Shown here: in pieces, positions 1 to 8,129 of the stretch
Layout: every line of letters begins with the position of its first letter
How positions within the stretch are numbered: the stretch's first letter is position 1
Source of the DNA: a virus
Taxonomy: Duplodnaviria; Heunggongvirae; Uroviricota; Caudoviricetes
DNA: 12,650 bases
Reading direction: 5' to 3' (one strand)
Virus record (IMG/VR): IMGVR_UViG_2850756110_000008
Position numbers and translations under genes: made by a program
Notes under the pieces: model-generated
What the model was told of the DNA's origin: nothing
Databases searched by the model: none
The model's input: only the letters and a program-made list of their open reading frames with translations

Positions 1-294
1 GTGGCGCACGTCTTCGGTGAACGCACTCTGGCCACACTGGAGCGTCTTCTGAGCCTGCTGTCGGCCTTTGAGGTCGTGGTATGGATGACGGATGGCTGGC
101 CGCTGTATGAATCACGCCTGAAGGGAAAGCTGCACGTTATCAGCAAGCGTTACACTCAGCGCATTGAGCGACATAATCTGAATCTGAGACAACATCTGGC
201 AAGGCTGGGACGGAAGTCACTGTCGTTCTCAAAATCGGTGGAGCTGCATGACAAGGTCATCGGGCATTATCTGAACATAAAACACTATCAGTAA
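1..294 (+). CDS. insB: IS1 transposase InsB, C-terminal fragment (5' end outside window)
   Basis: Translation ...[70 protein letters not shown] is near-identical to the InsB C-terminus from memory. Confidence 0.9.
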   Translation: MAHVFGERTLATLERLLSLLSAFEVVVWMTDGWPLYESRLKGKLHVISKRYTQRIERHNLNLRQHLARLGRKSLSFSKSVELHDKVIGHYLNIKHYQ

Positions 295-309
295 GTTGGA
301 GTCATTACC
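1..309 (+). mobile_element. IS1, right-end portion (element continues upstream of window start)
   Basis: ORF 1..294 is the C-terminal 97 aa of IS1 InsB. Its stop codon lies inside a terminal repeat ATCAGTAAGTTGGAGTCATTACC at 287-309 that matches the IS1 inverted repeat as I recall it. Confidence 0.9.
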
Positions 310-321
310 CAAGTAAATAAA

Positions 322-341
322 AACCCGCTCAACAGCGGGTT
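322..341 (-). terminator. Rho-independent terminator (tR'-like) downstream of the Q gene
   Basis: An 8-bp stem (322-329 pairing 334-341) with a 4-nt loop; on the minus strand it is followed by TTTATTTACTT. It lies about 110 nt downstream of the Q stop codon. Confidence 0.6.
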
Positions 342-374
342 CGTGAAAATTATCAACGGCAGACATACAAAGCC

Positions 375-416
375 CATCGTTGAGAAAATCTTATCCATGT
401 TTTTTGAAAAATGCAA
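375..416 (-). promoter_or_regulatory. Late promoter PR'-like with qut-like pause element
   Basis: On the minus strand: TTGCAT (plus 416-411), 17-bp spacer, TAAGAT (plus 393-388), then AACGAT at about +1 to +6. This resembles the -10-like sigma-dependent pause element of lambda PR' as I recall it. Position immediately after Q is as expected. Confidence 0.45.
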
Positions 417-447
417 GCTTCATGTCGCCATCTTCGGCGAAAATCAC

Positions 448-1200
448 TTATCTCGTCACCTTTCTCAATTGTGTTTCAGCATATGCTTCTTCCTGCCAGC
501 ACTTTGTTACTAGTTTATCAATTACGTCTGCATATCCTTTGTACCACTGATAATCAGTCAGGTCTGGAACCAGCTTCTGGACATGACGTCGTGCCAGTGT
601 AGTTGGTAAACGGCTAAACCGGTTTCCATTGCAACGCCCACAAATCTTATAAACAGGCGTGCCATGAAGCCGGGTCCTTTTTTCATCCAGGACAATACCT
701 TTACCCTTACACCCTCTGCACGCTGTGCTGACTTCTCCCTTACCATGACAATGCTGACATAGTTCCTTCACCCACTCTTCCTTGATAACAGATTCCCCGC
801 TTCTGGAGTGTTTCACCACCTCGCGCAATACATTATGAAATCCAGTACCAGCACAATGCTCACAGCGAGCCTTACTTGCCGCAGACCTAGAATAATCAGC
901 AAAGGCAAAATTCACAAGGTAAGGAATGATCTGTAGCCGGGTTTCTTCACTCAATTTATTCAATGTCGGGTTATCCAGTGCCATCGCGTAATTGAGCAGA
1001 CCTTCAATCGCAAACTGAGGATCCTGAACACCAACTTTTGCCAGGAATAAGGCAAACCCAAGCGGTGCTTTCGACTGCACCATCCCCTGCGCAGCCATCA
1101 CATCCGTAATCGTTAAACCACCAGAGCCTGTCGCCGGTGCGTCATCGCTCAGTTTTGGAGATTTCGGGGAGTAATATTTCGGTAAGGCTTCAAGGTTCAT
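448..1200 (-). CDS. Q: Lambdoid antitermination protein Q (82/Qin-type, 250 aa)
   Basis: 250-aa ORF with GGAG 7-8 nt upstream of ATG. Cys/His-rich zinc-binding region (CEHCAGTG...CQHCHGKGE...CRGCKGKG...CGRCNG) and overall resemblance to prophage Q homologues (QuuQ-like). Located at the end of the nin operon, before PR'/tR'. Confidence 0.85.
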   Translation of the reverse strand: MNLEALPKYYSPKSPKLSDDAPATGSGGLTITDVMAAQGMVQSKAPLGFALFLAKVGVQDPQFAIEGLLNYAMALDNPTLNKLSEETRLQIIPYLVNFAFADYSRSAASKARCEHCAGTGFHNVLREVVKHSRSGESVIKEEWVKELCQHCHGKGEVSTACRGCKGKGIVLDEKRTRLHGTPVYKICGRCNGNRFSRLPTTLARRHVQKLVPDLTDYQWYKGYADVIDKLVTKCWQEEAYAETQLRKVTR

Positions 1201-1213
1201 GCTCGTTCTCCAC

Positions 1214-1924
1214 TTACGCCAGTACGCCTATTGCCAGCGCACGATCGATAAAACGAAATATCAGCTCCAGCTGGGAACCATACTTCTCTTCAAATGCCAC
1301 GGTATCCGCATGCAGCTCGTCGTGATGCTTTCTGCACAAAGGCAACACAAAGAGGTCATGCGCTTTTGTACCCATTCCCCCCTGACCGTGGCCTATCAGG
1401 TGGAGGGGATCATCAGCAGGCTTTCCACAACATGCACACGGCTGTGTCTTAACCCAGCGTGTGTACTTTTCATTAACCCAGCGGCGACGTTTTGGGCGTA
1501 ACATAAAAGACTCCGGCGACTCCGGATCCACTTTCAGCGCCAGCACCTTTTTCACCTTATCCTGGATGATGCTGGTGGCAGGAACCGAAGGCACAAGGTC
1601 ACTTTCCCGGGTGACAGACGGCACAACAGGCTTCGGTAATCTCAGTGCCTTACGGGCTGCACTTTCCGGTAAGGCATCCGCCAGGTCATTACGAATCAGC
1701 CACCAGCACAGTTCCGGCATTGTCACAACGTGACTATCATCAAAACCGAGATCCCGACGCACAACAGACAACACCCAGCGGGCACAGTTATCCGTTGCCA
1801 TTGATTCCAGCCGTTCCGTGAACTGATCGCGCAGCTGGTTATCGCAGTGCCAGCACAGACGGATTGCGCCGGCGCGTGTCGCATTGTTGTCATGTTCTCG
1901 CTGTGCCAGTCGGAATGAGGCCAC
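1214..1924 (-). CDS. YdfU/DUF968-like phage protein, C-terminal part (HNH-like Zn motif); apparently frameshifted relative to 1723..2166
   Basis: C-terminus CACCGKPADDPLHLIGHGQGG...LCRKHHDELH is typical of the DUF968 family found just upstream of Q in Qin-like prophages. The ORF opens with GTG at 1924 with no plausible RBS, and its first 39 codons look like genuine protein (CWHCDNQ). Confidence 0.6.
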   Translation of the reverse strand: MASFRLAQREHDNNATRAGAIRLCWHCDNQLRDQFTERLESMATDNCARWVLSVVRRDLGFDDSHVVTMPELCWWLIRNDLADALPESAARKALRLPKPVVPSVTRESDLVPSVPATSIIQDKVKKVLALKVDPESPESFMLRPKRRRWVNEKYTRWVKTQPCACCGKPADDPLHLIGHGQGGMGTKAHDLFVLPLCRKHHDELHADTVAFEEKYGSQLELIFRFIDRALAIGVLA

Positions 1925-2166
1925 TGGCAGCCTTTTTCACGAAGTAACCAGCTTTCAAGACATTCCACGCCACCAGCACGACGGATCACTGCCTCATTGC
2001 GGAACACGGCCCGAACGTCAGGATCATCCGCCAGCGGTTGTGATGCCGCCGGAACAGCACCACTGGCGAAAGATGAATAACGTTCCGGCTCAGGCTCCAG
2101 CAGGACACGCCCCTGCATAAACAGGGGCATCAGCTCTGAACTTGGTCTGAACAATACGATCCCCAT
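1723..2166 (-). CDS. N-terminal fragment of the same DUF968-like gene (different frame)
   Basis: Begins 40 nt after the KilA-N gene stop. The first ~85 residues look protein-like; downstream of about 1920 the frame becomes Cys-rich low-complexity junk, while the other frame opens at 1924. Likely a single gene with a 1-nt indel near 1895-1925. Confidence 0.4.
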   Translation of the reverse strand: MGIVLFRPSSELMPLFMQGRVLLEPEPERYSSFASGAVPAASQPLADDPDVRAVFRNEAVIRRAGGVECLESWLLREKGCQWPHSDWHSENMTTMRHAPAQSVCAGTAITSCAISSRNGWNQWQRITVPAGCCLLCVGISVLMIVTL

Positions 2167-2208
2167 ACGCGGGGCAATTTCAGGGGCAGTAGTGCTCTCA
2201 CGGTCACC

Positions 2209-3006
2209 TCAATGAACGGTATCGAGCAGCTTTAACAGCTCAGGGAATCGGGATTCGAAGAAATGCGGCTGCGTCTCACGCGGATTTGCGGGACTGGTGA
2301 TATTCTTGCCGAACATGCAGCCTTTCGCTGTCAGCGACCAGAATTTTTTGATGTTGTTAATCGCTGTACGGCTGTATCGTTCGCGCTGTTCGACGATCCC
2401 CAGCTTCGCCATCTGGTGATATGCCTGATTAGCCGTAAGGCGGATACCATACTGCTTCAGCAGTGCACTCAGTGACAGCGTGGGGCGGCTTGAGCCATCA
2501 GGCGCGTCAGCAGGAGCATCAATGGCATAGCGCGGTGCCAGATTCGGTAAGCCAACAGCCTCCTGGAGTTTCTGACAGGCTCCAAGCACTGAAGAGTTAG
2601 ACAGGTTTAATTCCCGGCGCATAAAGTCCAGCAGAATCACACCAGCCTGCATCTTGTCAGCAGTCTGTCCGGATAATTTTTCCGGTGCACTGGTTACCAT
2701 GTCGAAAGTACGGATCACCTTCAGATGGAATGACGGGCTGATCCACATTGCATAGGCATACACCAGTTCTTTGCAGACATACGTCCCTTGGTTATTTCCG
2801 CCACGAATAACGTTAACTGGTTCTATATTGACCGAGTTGCAAATCTGCAACTCGCTTATTAAACGTTCAGTTTGCTCATTGCGGAGCCAGAATGCAGGCT
2901 TATGCTTATCCAGAGAACCAGCAGCCCTGTGCAGATCGTTCAGGCTGTAACGCCCATAAGCATCACGACGAACTTCAATTCCATCAATAACCATCAGATT
3001 ATTCAT
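2209..3006 (-). CDS. KilA-N domain protein (Roi/antirepressor-like)
   Basis: N-terminus MVIDGIEVRRDAYGRYSLNDLHRAAG...GTYVCKELVYAYAMWISPSFHLKVI fits the KilA-N DNA-binding domain pattern. Position between rusA and Q is typical of lambdoid nin regions. Confidence 0.75.
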   Translation of the reverse strand: MNNLMVIDGIEVRRDAYGRYSLNDLHRAAGSLDKHKPAFWLRNEQTERLISELQICNSVNIEPVNVIRGGNNQGTYVCKELVYAYAMWISPSFHLKVIRTFDMVTSAPEKLSGQTADKMQAGVILLDFMRRELNLSNSSVLGACQKLQEAVGLPNLAPRYAIDAPADAPDGSSRPTLSLSALLKQYGIRLTANQAYHQMAKLGIVEQRERYSRTAINNIKKFWSLTAKGCMFGKNITSPANPRETQPHFFESRFPELLKLLDTVH

Positions 3007-3025
3007 ACTTCGTTTCTCCTCTTAA

Positions 3026-3415
3026 TCAGGCTGCTGCACCCGCCGGTTTCTCGTACTTACTGATAGTGATCTCGACCTTCCCTTCCGGGATAACCGGTCC
3101 CCACTCCACCAGCATTCTTTTCACCTGACTGTCGTCTTCCCACACACCCGCGTGGGTCAGGGCGTCAAACAGCGCCTTGTTATAGTTGTTCAGATCGCGG
3201 ATCCGGTTATCCGGAGGAAACAACACGATCTCCACTGAAGCAGGTGCCGACGTTGGTTTTGGCAGACGACGTAACTGCTCAACTATTGCTGCACACGCCG
3301 CGCTCTGGAATTTGCGCCCCGCTGCGCTTATCAGGCTCTTACCAGCAAACGCCCCTTTGTTGGGGTGTCGCCAGTACGTGTTCACGCTGGGCGGAAAAGG
3401 CAGTATTAGCTTCAT
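3026..3415 (-). CDS. rusA: Crossover junction endodeoxyribonuclease RusA (Holliday junction resolvase)
   Basis: Motifs LPFPPSVNTYWR and DLNNYNKALFDALTHAGVWEDDSQV match the RusA family. Start overlaps the upstream stop as ATGA. Confidence 0.85.
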   Translation of the reverse strand: MKLILPFPPSVNTYWRHPNKGAFAGKSLISAAGRKFQSAACAAIVEQLRRLPKPTSAPASVEIVLFPPDNRIRDLNNYNKALFDALTHAGVWEDDSQVKRMLVEWGPVIPEGKVEITISKYEKPAGAAA

Positions 3416-3738
3416 ACTTTCAGGCCCCTCTCATGTAACCAGTGGGCTGCACGCAGCTTGGCGTTTTCCTCACCGGCAAGCAGTGAGCGGATAATCCCGA
3501 CCGCCTCGCTGTCGTCGTCCTTCACCGCGGTATGAAGAGTGATACCACGGGCCACACCACGCTTTATCGTGATGACGCCTTTTTTCTCCAGTGCTCTAAG
3601 ATGCTCCACCGCTGCATTCACTGAACGGTATCCCAGCATGGTTGCCACCTCCTGATTGGTTGGCGGGAAGCCACGTTCTTTCTGGTAAGAAATCAGCATA
3701 TCCAGCACCTGCTGCTGGCATTGAGTTAACGTCGTCAT
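3412..3738 (-). CDS. LexA N-terminal DNA-binding-domain-only protein (no peptidase domain)
   Basis: The 108-aa product aligns by eye with the LexA winged-helix domain (LTxxQQxVxDxI......GxPPTxxExAxxLGxRSxNAAxEHLxALxxKGVIxIxxGxxRGIxL). It lacks the Ala-Gly cleavage site and Ser/Lys peptidase domain. ATGA overlaps with both neighbours. Confidence 0.75.
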   Translation of the reverse strand: MTTLTQCQQQVLDMLISYQKERGFPPTNQEVATMLGYRSVNAAVEHLRALEKKGVITIKRGVARGITLHTAVKDDDSEAVGIIRSLLAGEENAKLRAAHWLHERGLKV

Positions 3739-4388
3739 GCCGCCATCTCCCTGACAAGTTTTTCTGCCTGCTGGCGAACTTGCGCCAGAAAGGCCTCACC
3801 ACATGCCTCAAGTTCATCGCGCCCGATGTAGCTGATTGCCGGTCCCTTCCAGGTCTTGTCGAAAACGGCAATAGCACCAGCGAAGAAAGCACCGGTTGGC
3901 ACCTGCTTCTCGTCTTTCGGGATAAACCAGGCAGGCAGTTCAAAACCAATACGCCCGCGAATAAAAGCAATATGATCCGCATCTTCCGGCCACCACACTT
4001 CGCTGGTGGCAGCTTTGATCAGGAAAACATAGCGCCCGCCCTTATCACGCATGGCACTGGCATGTTTCATGATGTAACGCATGCCGGTGATGTATTGCCC
4101 CTCATGCTGACTGGCGCGGCTGTATGGAGGATTTCCAAAGGCAGCACCTTTAAGCTCCGCAAGACGTTCTGACCAGTCATGCGCCAGCGCGTTGTCTTCC
4201 GCCGTGTAATACGCGGCACATTTGGCGTTATCACCGTCAGTAAACAGATCCAGAACAAACGGGCCAAACAGGGTGTTAATTCCCCAGAAAATGTTGTCCG
4301 GTGTGCGCCACTGATCGCCCACTTCCTTCAGTTCATGGGCTGGTTTGTTTCGCAACTCCACCAGCGCCTGGCAATATTTATTACTCAT
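3735..4388 (-). CDS. Phage Dam-type DNA N6-adenine methyltransferase
   Basis: Catalytic NPPY motif (GNPPYSRA) and overall similarity to phage Dam (PF05869-type) proteins. Start taken at the ATG at 4388, which overlaps the upstream stop (TAATG), rather than the ORF-track start at 4421. Confidence 0.8.
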   Translation of the reverse strand: MSNKYCQALVELRNKPAHELKEVGDQWRTPDNIFWGINTLFGPFVLDLFTDGDNAKCAAYYTAEDNALAHDWSERLAELKGAAFGNPPYSRASQHEGQYITGMRYIMKHASAMRDKGGRYVFLIKAATSEVWWPEDADHIAFIRGRIGFELPAWFIPKDEKQVPTGAFFAGAIAVFDKTWKGPAISYIGRDELEACGEAFLAQVRQQAEKLVREMAA

Positions 4389-4882
4389 TAAGCCCCCACG
4401 TAATTCCCTGACAGATACCACTCATCACCCGATACAGCGCGCTTGCTGCTTTTCCGTAAGCACCGCTCACGACGCGCCAGAAAATTGTTTCGTTCTGGCT
4501 GGGAGTGGCTTTCACGGAATGCCGCCATCCACACCGTTGCAGCACGACGGTATAAGCCCCTGGACTCCAGTTCTTCAGCCTGGCGGGTCAGGCACAAAAT
4601 CACCCGGGGACCGTTAGTGCCGACATAGAAATTGCGCACAGGTCTGGTTTCTCGAACTGATTGTGGTCCCGGTTCCTGCGCTCTCTCAGTCAGGCGCGGG
4701 AAATGTCTGCGTGTATCTCCTTCACAACGGTGAGCCACACGCCCACTCTGACGTAACTTGCTTGCAGACTGCAGAACGCGCTGCCGTGAGTAACCTGCAA
4801 AAGCATCCGCAATGTCTCCGGAAGTACACCCCGGATGGGCTTCAATGAATTTCTGAACGTCATTCAAAAGACTCATGCTCAC
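4388..4882 (-). CDS. PerC/Pch-like regulator with N-terminal winged-helix-like region
   Basis: C-terminal half carries AEELESRGLYRRAATVWMAAF, the same motif as the PerC-like ORF at 10141 (AEELESKGLYRRAAARWMEVM). Start is either GTG at 4882 or ATG at 4876. Translationally coupled to neighbours. Confidence 0.6.
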   Translation of the reverse strand: MSMSLLNDVQKFIEAHPGCTSGDIADAFAGYSRQRVLQSASKLRQSGRVAHRCEGDTRRHFPRLTERAQEPGPQSVRETRPVRNFYVGTNGPRVILCLTRQAEELESRGLYRRAATVWMAAFRESHSQPERNNFLARRERCLRKSSKRAVSGDEWYLSGNYVGA

Positions 4883-5445
4883 CCCCTGAATCCTGCCGGG
4901 ATCTGGCTGTAGTCCACGTTGTCGTAACTGGCTTTGAAGTACGGGTCTTCACGTTTTTCTGTGTGCGTGCTGACGGACGGCGATAAGCGCAGGGAAAGCT
5001 CATCCCATTTTTCCCGCAACTTCGACGGGCTGAGCACGTTACGGCACCAGAACGGATCGCGGCTGACGCGGCTGTACATCTCGCAGATTTGTTTGTGAGT
5101 ACGGCCATCCTGTACACACATCAGGCGAATTTCGTTTGCCCAGGCTGTCCAGTTCGGTTCTTTGGGACGAACCACCTCGCCGTCACATTCGGCAGCCTGC
5201 TCGTACAGGGCGATGATTTTTTTCCAGAGCCACTGTGCGCAGGTCAAATCATCCTGCGTCCCCCACTGGCGCTTTTTAGGGCTGAATACAACCGCATCAG
5301 GATGGCGAGTTAAAAAATCCTGTTCAGCCGTCTGCGTGTCCGGTTGCGAAGCGTCCGGACGAGAAGGTTTTTTATCTGACGGATCATGTTTTGATTTTAC
5401 TGACGGATCCCCGCCAGATTCTGACGGGTGAAAACCCGCTTTTTT
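4879..5445 (-). CDS. Phage early/nin-region protein, 5'-truncated by IS66-family insertion (function unknown)
   Basis: The ORF runs open up to and into the IS66 terminal repeat (the track's TTG start at 5460 is inside IS sequence). Translation is protein-like (…CAQWLWKKIIALYEQAAECDGEVV…). First gene of the coupled operon. Confidence 0.5.
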   Translation of the reverse strand, partial: KKAGFHPSESGGDPSVKSKHDPSDKKPSRPDASQPDTQTAEQDFLTRHPDAVVFSPKKRQWGTQDDLTCAQWLWKKIIALYEQAAECDGEVVRPKEPNWTAWANEIRLMCVQDGRTHKQICEMYSRVSRDPFWCRNVLSPSKLREKWDELSLRLSPSVSTHTEKREDPYFKASYDNVDYSQIPAGFRG

Positions 5446-5482
5446 GTAAGCGTGCAGCAAGAACCGTATTGACGGGGATGTG

Positions 5483-7021
5483 TTATTCAGTCGGCAGTGC
5501 TACGCGCCAGGGGAGCAGTTCGCCGACCCGGTTTATCGGCCAGTCGGCTATGACGTCAAGGACATAGCGGAGGTAGCTTTCTGGCTCCACTCCGTTCAGT
5601 TTGCACGTCCCGATCAGGCTGTACAGCAGCGCTCCCCGCTCTCCTCCATGATCCGAACCGAAGAACAGGTAGTTTTTGCGGCCCAGACTGACCATCCGCA
5701 ACGCATTTTCAGCGATGTTATTGTCCGCCTCAGCCCAGCCATCATCTGCATAGTACGTCAGCGCCGGCCACTGGTTCAGGGCGTATGCGAACGCTTTCGC
5801 CAGTTCTGAGTGTCGCGACAGGGTTTTCATCTTTTCACGCAGCCAGCTTTCCAGGGATTTCAGCAGCGGTTTCGTTTTCAACTGACGTTCGGCAAGGCGC
5901 TGCTCCGCCGTCATTCCCCTTATCTCTGCCTCGATGGCGTACAGTTCGCCGATCCGTTTCAGCGCTTCCTCCGTCAGGGCTGACGGGGTGCGAACGTGCA
6001 CATCGTGGATTTTACGGCGGGCGTGAGCCCAACAGGCGGCTTCCGTTATCCGGCCATCCCGGTACAGCTCGTTGAACCCGGCGTATGCATCCGCCTGCAG
6101 TACACCACTGAACCCCGCAAGATGGGTCTGCGGATGGATGCCTTTTCTGTCCGGGCTGTAAGCGAACCACACCGCCGGCGCCAGCGTTGACCCGGCGTTA
6201 CGGTCGTCACGAACGTAGGTCCATAACCGCCCGGTCTTCGTTTTCTTATTGCCTGGCAACAGCACCGGGACAGGCGTGTCATCAGCATGGAGCTTACCGT
6301 CAGTCAGCACATAGTCCTGAAGCGCTTCTTCCAGCGGTGACAGTAGCCGGCAGCATGCATCCACCCAGCCCGACAGCAGTGAACGACTCAGCTCCACGCC
6401 CTGGCGGCCGTACATTTCAGACTGGCGGTACAGCGGGGTGTGCTCTGCATACTTTGAGATCAGCACGCGGGCCAGCAGCCCCGGTCCTGCGATACCCCGC
6501 TCGATGGGCCGTGAAGGCGCGGGGGCCTGCACGATGGCATCGCACTGAGTACAGGCATGCTTTTCACGTACAGTCCGGATAACCCGGAAGACGCTGCGCA
6601 TCAACTCCAGCTGTTCGGCGGCATCCTCACCCGGATAGCTCAGTGAGCCTCCACATTCCGGGCAGCATGACGCTGCCGGCAGCAGCCGTTTTTCATCGCG
6701 GGGGAGTGATTCGGGGAACGGTTTGCGGGTGCGGGTTTGACGCAGCGGGCGCTGCACGGCCGGGTCGTCAACCCGACCGGTAAGGGTATCACTTTCTTTC
6801 TGAAGTGCCTTCAGGTCAGCTTCCATCTGTGCGATACGACGGGAGACTTTTTCGGAGCGGCTGCCGAAGTTCATCCGGCGCAGCTTATCCAGCTGTGCCT
6901 GCAGATGGTCTATTTCGCGTTCACGCTCGTTCAGCTTTTCCAGCAGGGCACGGTTCAGCGCCTCCTGTTCGGCAAGGAGACGTTTCAGTGCATTGATATC
7001 GTCAGGAAGTGAGCTGCTCAT
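5483..7021 (-). CDS. IS66-family transposase (TnpC/orf3)
   Basis: 512 aa with N-terminal coiled-coil/leucine zipper, CxxC...CxxC zinc finger (CPECGG...CTQC) and conserved LHADDTPV and TGRLWTY motifs. Confidence 0.9.
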   Translation of the reverse strand: MSSSLPDDINALKRLLAEQEALNRALLEKLNEREREIDHLQAQLDKLRRMNFGSRSEKVSRRIAQMEADLKALQKESDTLTGRVDDPAVQRPLRQTRTRKPFPESLPRDEKRLLPAASCCPECGGSLSYPGEDAAEQLELMRSVFRVIRTVREKHACTQCDAIVQAPAPSRPIERGIAGPGLLARVLISKYAEHTPLYRQSEMYGRQGVELSRSLLSGWVDACCRLLSPLEEALQDYVLTDGKLHADDTPVPVLLPGNKKTKTGRLWTYVRDDRNAGSTLAPAVWFAYSPDRKGIHPQTHLAGFSGVLQADAYAGFNELYRDGRITEAACWAHARRKIHDVHVRTPSALTEEALKRIGELYAIEAEIRGMTAEQRLAERQLKTKPLLKSLESWLREKMKTLSRHSELAKAFAYALNQWPALTYYADDGWAEADNNIAENALRMVSLGRKNYLFFGSDHGGERGALLYSLIGTCKLNGVEPESYLRYVLDVIADWPINRVGELLPWRVALPTE

Positions 7022-7069
7022 ACCGGGTATATTACCAGGCTCATTCAGCGTCGACCAGGATAAAGAGGC

Positions 7070-7417
7070 TTACAACATAGTCAGGGACGTAAGCAGTCTT
7101 TTAGGCTGCCGCCAGTCGATACCTTCAAGGAGCATCGCCAGCTGTGCCGGTGTGAGGAACACTTTGCCATCCCGGGCTGACGGCCAGGCGAAGCGGCCGC
7201 GCTCCAGCCGTTTGGTCAGCAGACACAGTCCATCGCCGGTAGACCAGAGGAGCTTTACCTGACTGCCATTACGCCCACGGAAGATAAAAACGTGACCTGA
7301 CATCGGATCGTCTTTCAGCGTCGTCTGCACCTTTGCCGCCAGGCCGTTGAAGCCATTTCTCATATCGGTGATACCGGCAACCAGCCAAATTTTGGTCCCG
7401 GAAGGTAACGGGATCAT
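7070..7417 (-). CDS. IS66 Orf2 (TnpB) accessory protein
   Basis: 115-aa protein (…LVAGITDMRNGFNGLAAKVQ…LWSTGDGLCLLTKRLERGRF…) typical of the IS66 orf2 family. ATGA overlap with orf1. Confidence 0.85.
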   Translation of the reverse strand: MIPLPSGTKIWLVAGITDMRNGFNGLAAKVQTTLKDDPMSGHVFIFRGRNGSQVKLLWSTGDGLCLLTKRLERGRFAWPSARDGKVFLTPAQLAMLLEGIDWRQPKRLLTSLTML

Positions 7418-7794
7418 CGCTTCAGTTCCTGTATCAGCAGAGTCAGGAGCTTTTCGCTGACATTGCCATTGAAGCGGAGCGTCCCGTGCCGGAACGTTAC
7501 CTCACAGCTGATACTGAGGGTTTCCGGATCCTCTGCGAGCGATTCTGGCTGTTCGGCAGCTGCATCGAGAGTCACAGGAAGTAGCTGGGGGCTCTCTGAA
7601 GAAGGTAATAGCAGCTTTCCCTCGCGCCATTGTTGTCGCCATTTGAACAACAGATTGGCGTTAATGCCATTTTCAAGAGCAAGTTTTGAGATGGATATCC
7701 CGGGTTCACAGGAGGCAGCAACGAGCTGCTGTTTAAATTCGGGAGGATAATTAGGGCAGCCTTTTCGCCTGCCGGGATTCACATTTTTCTGCAT
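7414..7794 (-). CDS. IS66 Orf1 (TnpA) accessory protein
   Basis: Helix-turn-helix-like small protein in the first position of the IS66 operon. ATG at 7794 (MQKNVNPGRRK…) preferred; the ORF-track start at 7815 is a GTG. Confidence 0.8.
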   Translation of the reverse strand: MQKNVNPGRRKGCPNYPPEFKQQLVAASCEPGISISKLALENGINANLLFKWRQQWREGKLLLPSSESPQLLPVTLDAAAEQPESLAEDPETLSISCEVTFRHGTLRFNGNVSEKLLTLLIQELKR

Positions 7795-7946
7795 ATCTGA
7801 CACTTTGGTTCCCACTACTTATTTGGTGGACACCACTTTGTCTAATTCGTCAGATTCTGACCAGACGGTTCAGGCTGTACGCTGATATGACTTTCCGTGT
7901 CAAACCGGAATCTCTAATTTTGACGATTTTCTTTTTAGGTTTAATT

Positions 7947-8129
7947 CCCTGAGGGCGACGTAGCAGTAAATCCGACGGTGAATCACGCTGATATTCGCGG
8001 GTTGGATACCGCATTACAGAGGTCCGTCATATGAGCCTGCCACTTTCTTACGTCGCGAATCAGCTTTGTTCCGCCGTCGCCAAGCGCTAACGTGGGTTAC
8101 TCTTGTACCGGGCTACGTCGCCTTCAGGG
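7947..8129. ncRNA. Candidate IS110-family bridge-RNA-like structured noncoding element (strand undetermined)
   Basis: An 18-bp inverted repeat (7947-7964 CCCTGAGGGCGACGTAGC; 8112-8129 GCTACGTCGCCTTCAGGG, one G/U-compatible mismatch) encloses 147 nt. Inside, ACGCTGATAT (7985-7994) is identical to the 10 nt spanning the IS66-terminus/IS110-end junction (7879-7888). Confidence 0.3.

Larger units (their letters stand above)
5446..7886 (-). mobile_element. IS66-family insertion sequence (about 2.44 kb; orf1-orf2-tnpC)
   Basis: Three minus-strand ORFs in canonical IS66 order. Imperfect terminal inverted repeats: GTAAGCGTGCAGCAAGAACCGT at 5446-5467 versus reverse complement of 7865-7886 (ATCAGCGTACAGCCTGAACCGT), about 20 of 28 positions matching. 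Confidence 0.8.

Noticed and set aside
411-746. ORFs 411..602 (+) and 558..746 (-)
   Set aside because: Both overlap the Q gene in other frames and have no start context or recognisable product.
3596-4172. Overlapping ORFs 3596..3982 (-) and 3642..4172 (+)
   Set aside because: They lie in alternative frames across the LexA-like and Dam genes, which have clear family motifs and translational coupling. Treated as frame artefacts.
5785-6582. Several 60-130 aa ORFs in alternative frames inside the IS66 transposase gene
   Set aside because: The 512-aa IS66 TnpC reading frame accounts for this GC-rich region; the Arg/Pro/Ala-rich alternative frames are typical artefacts.
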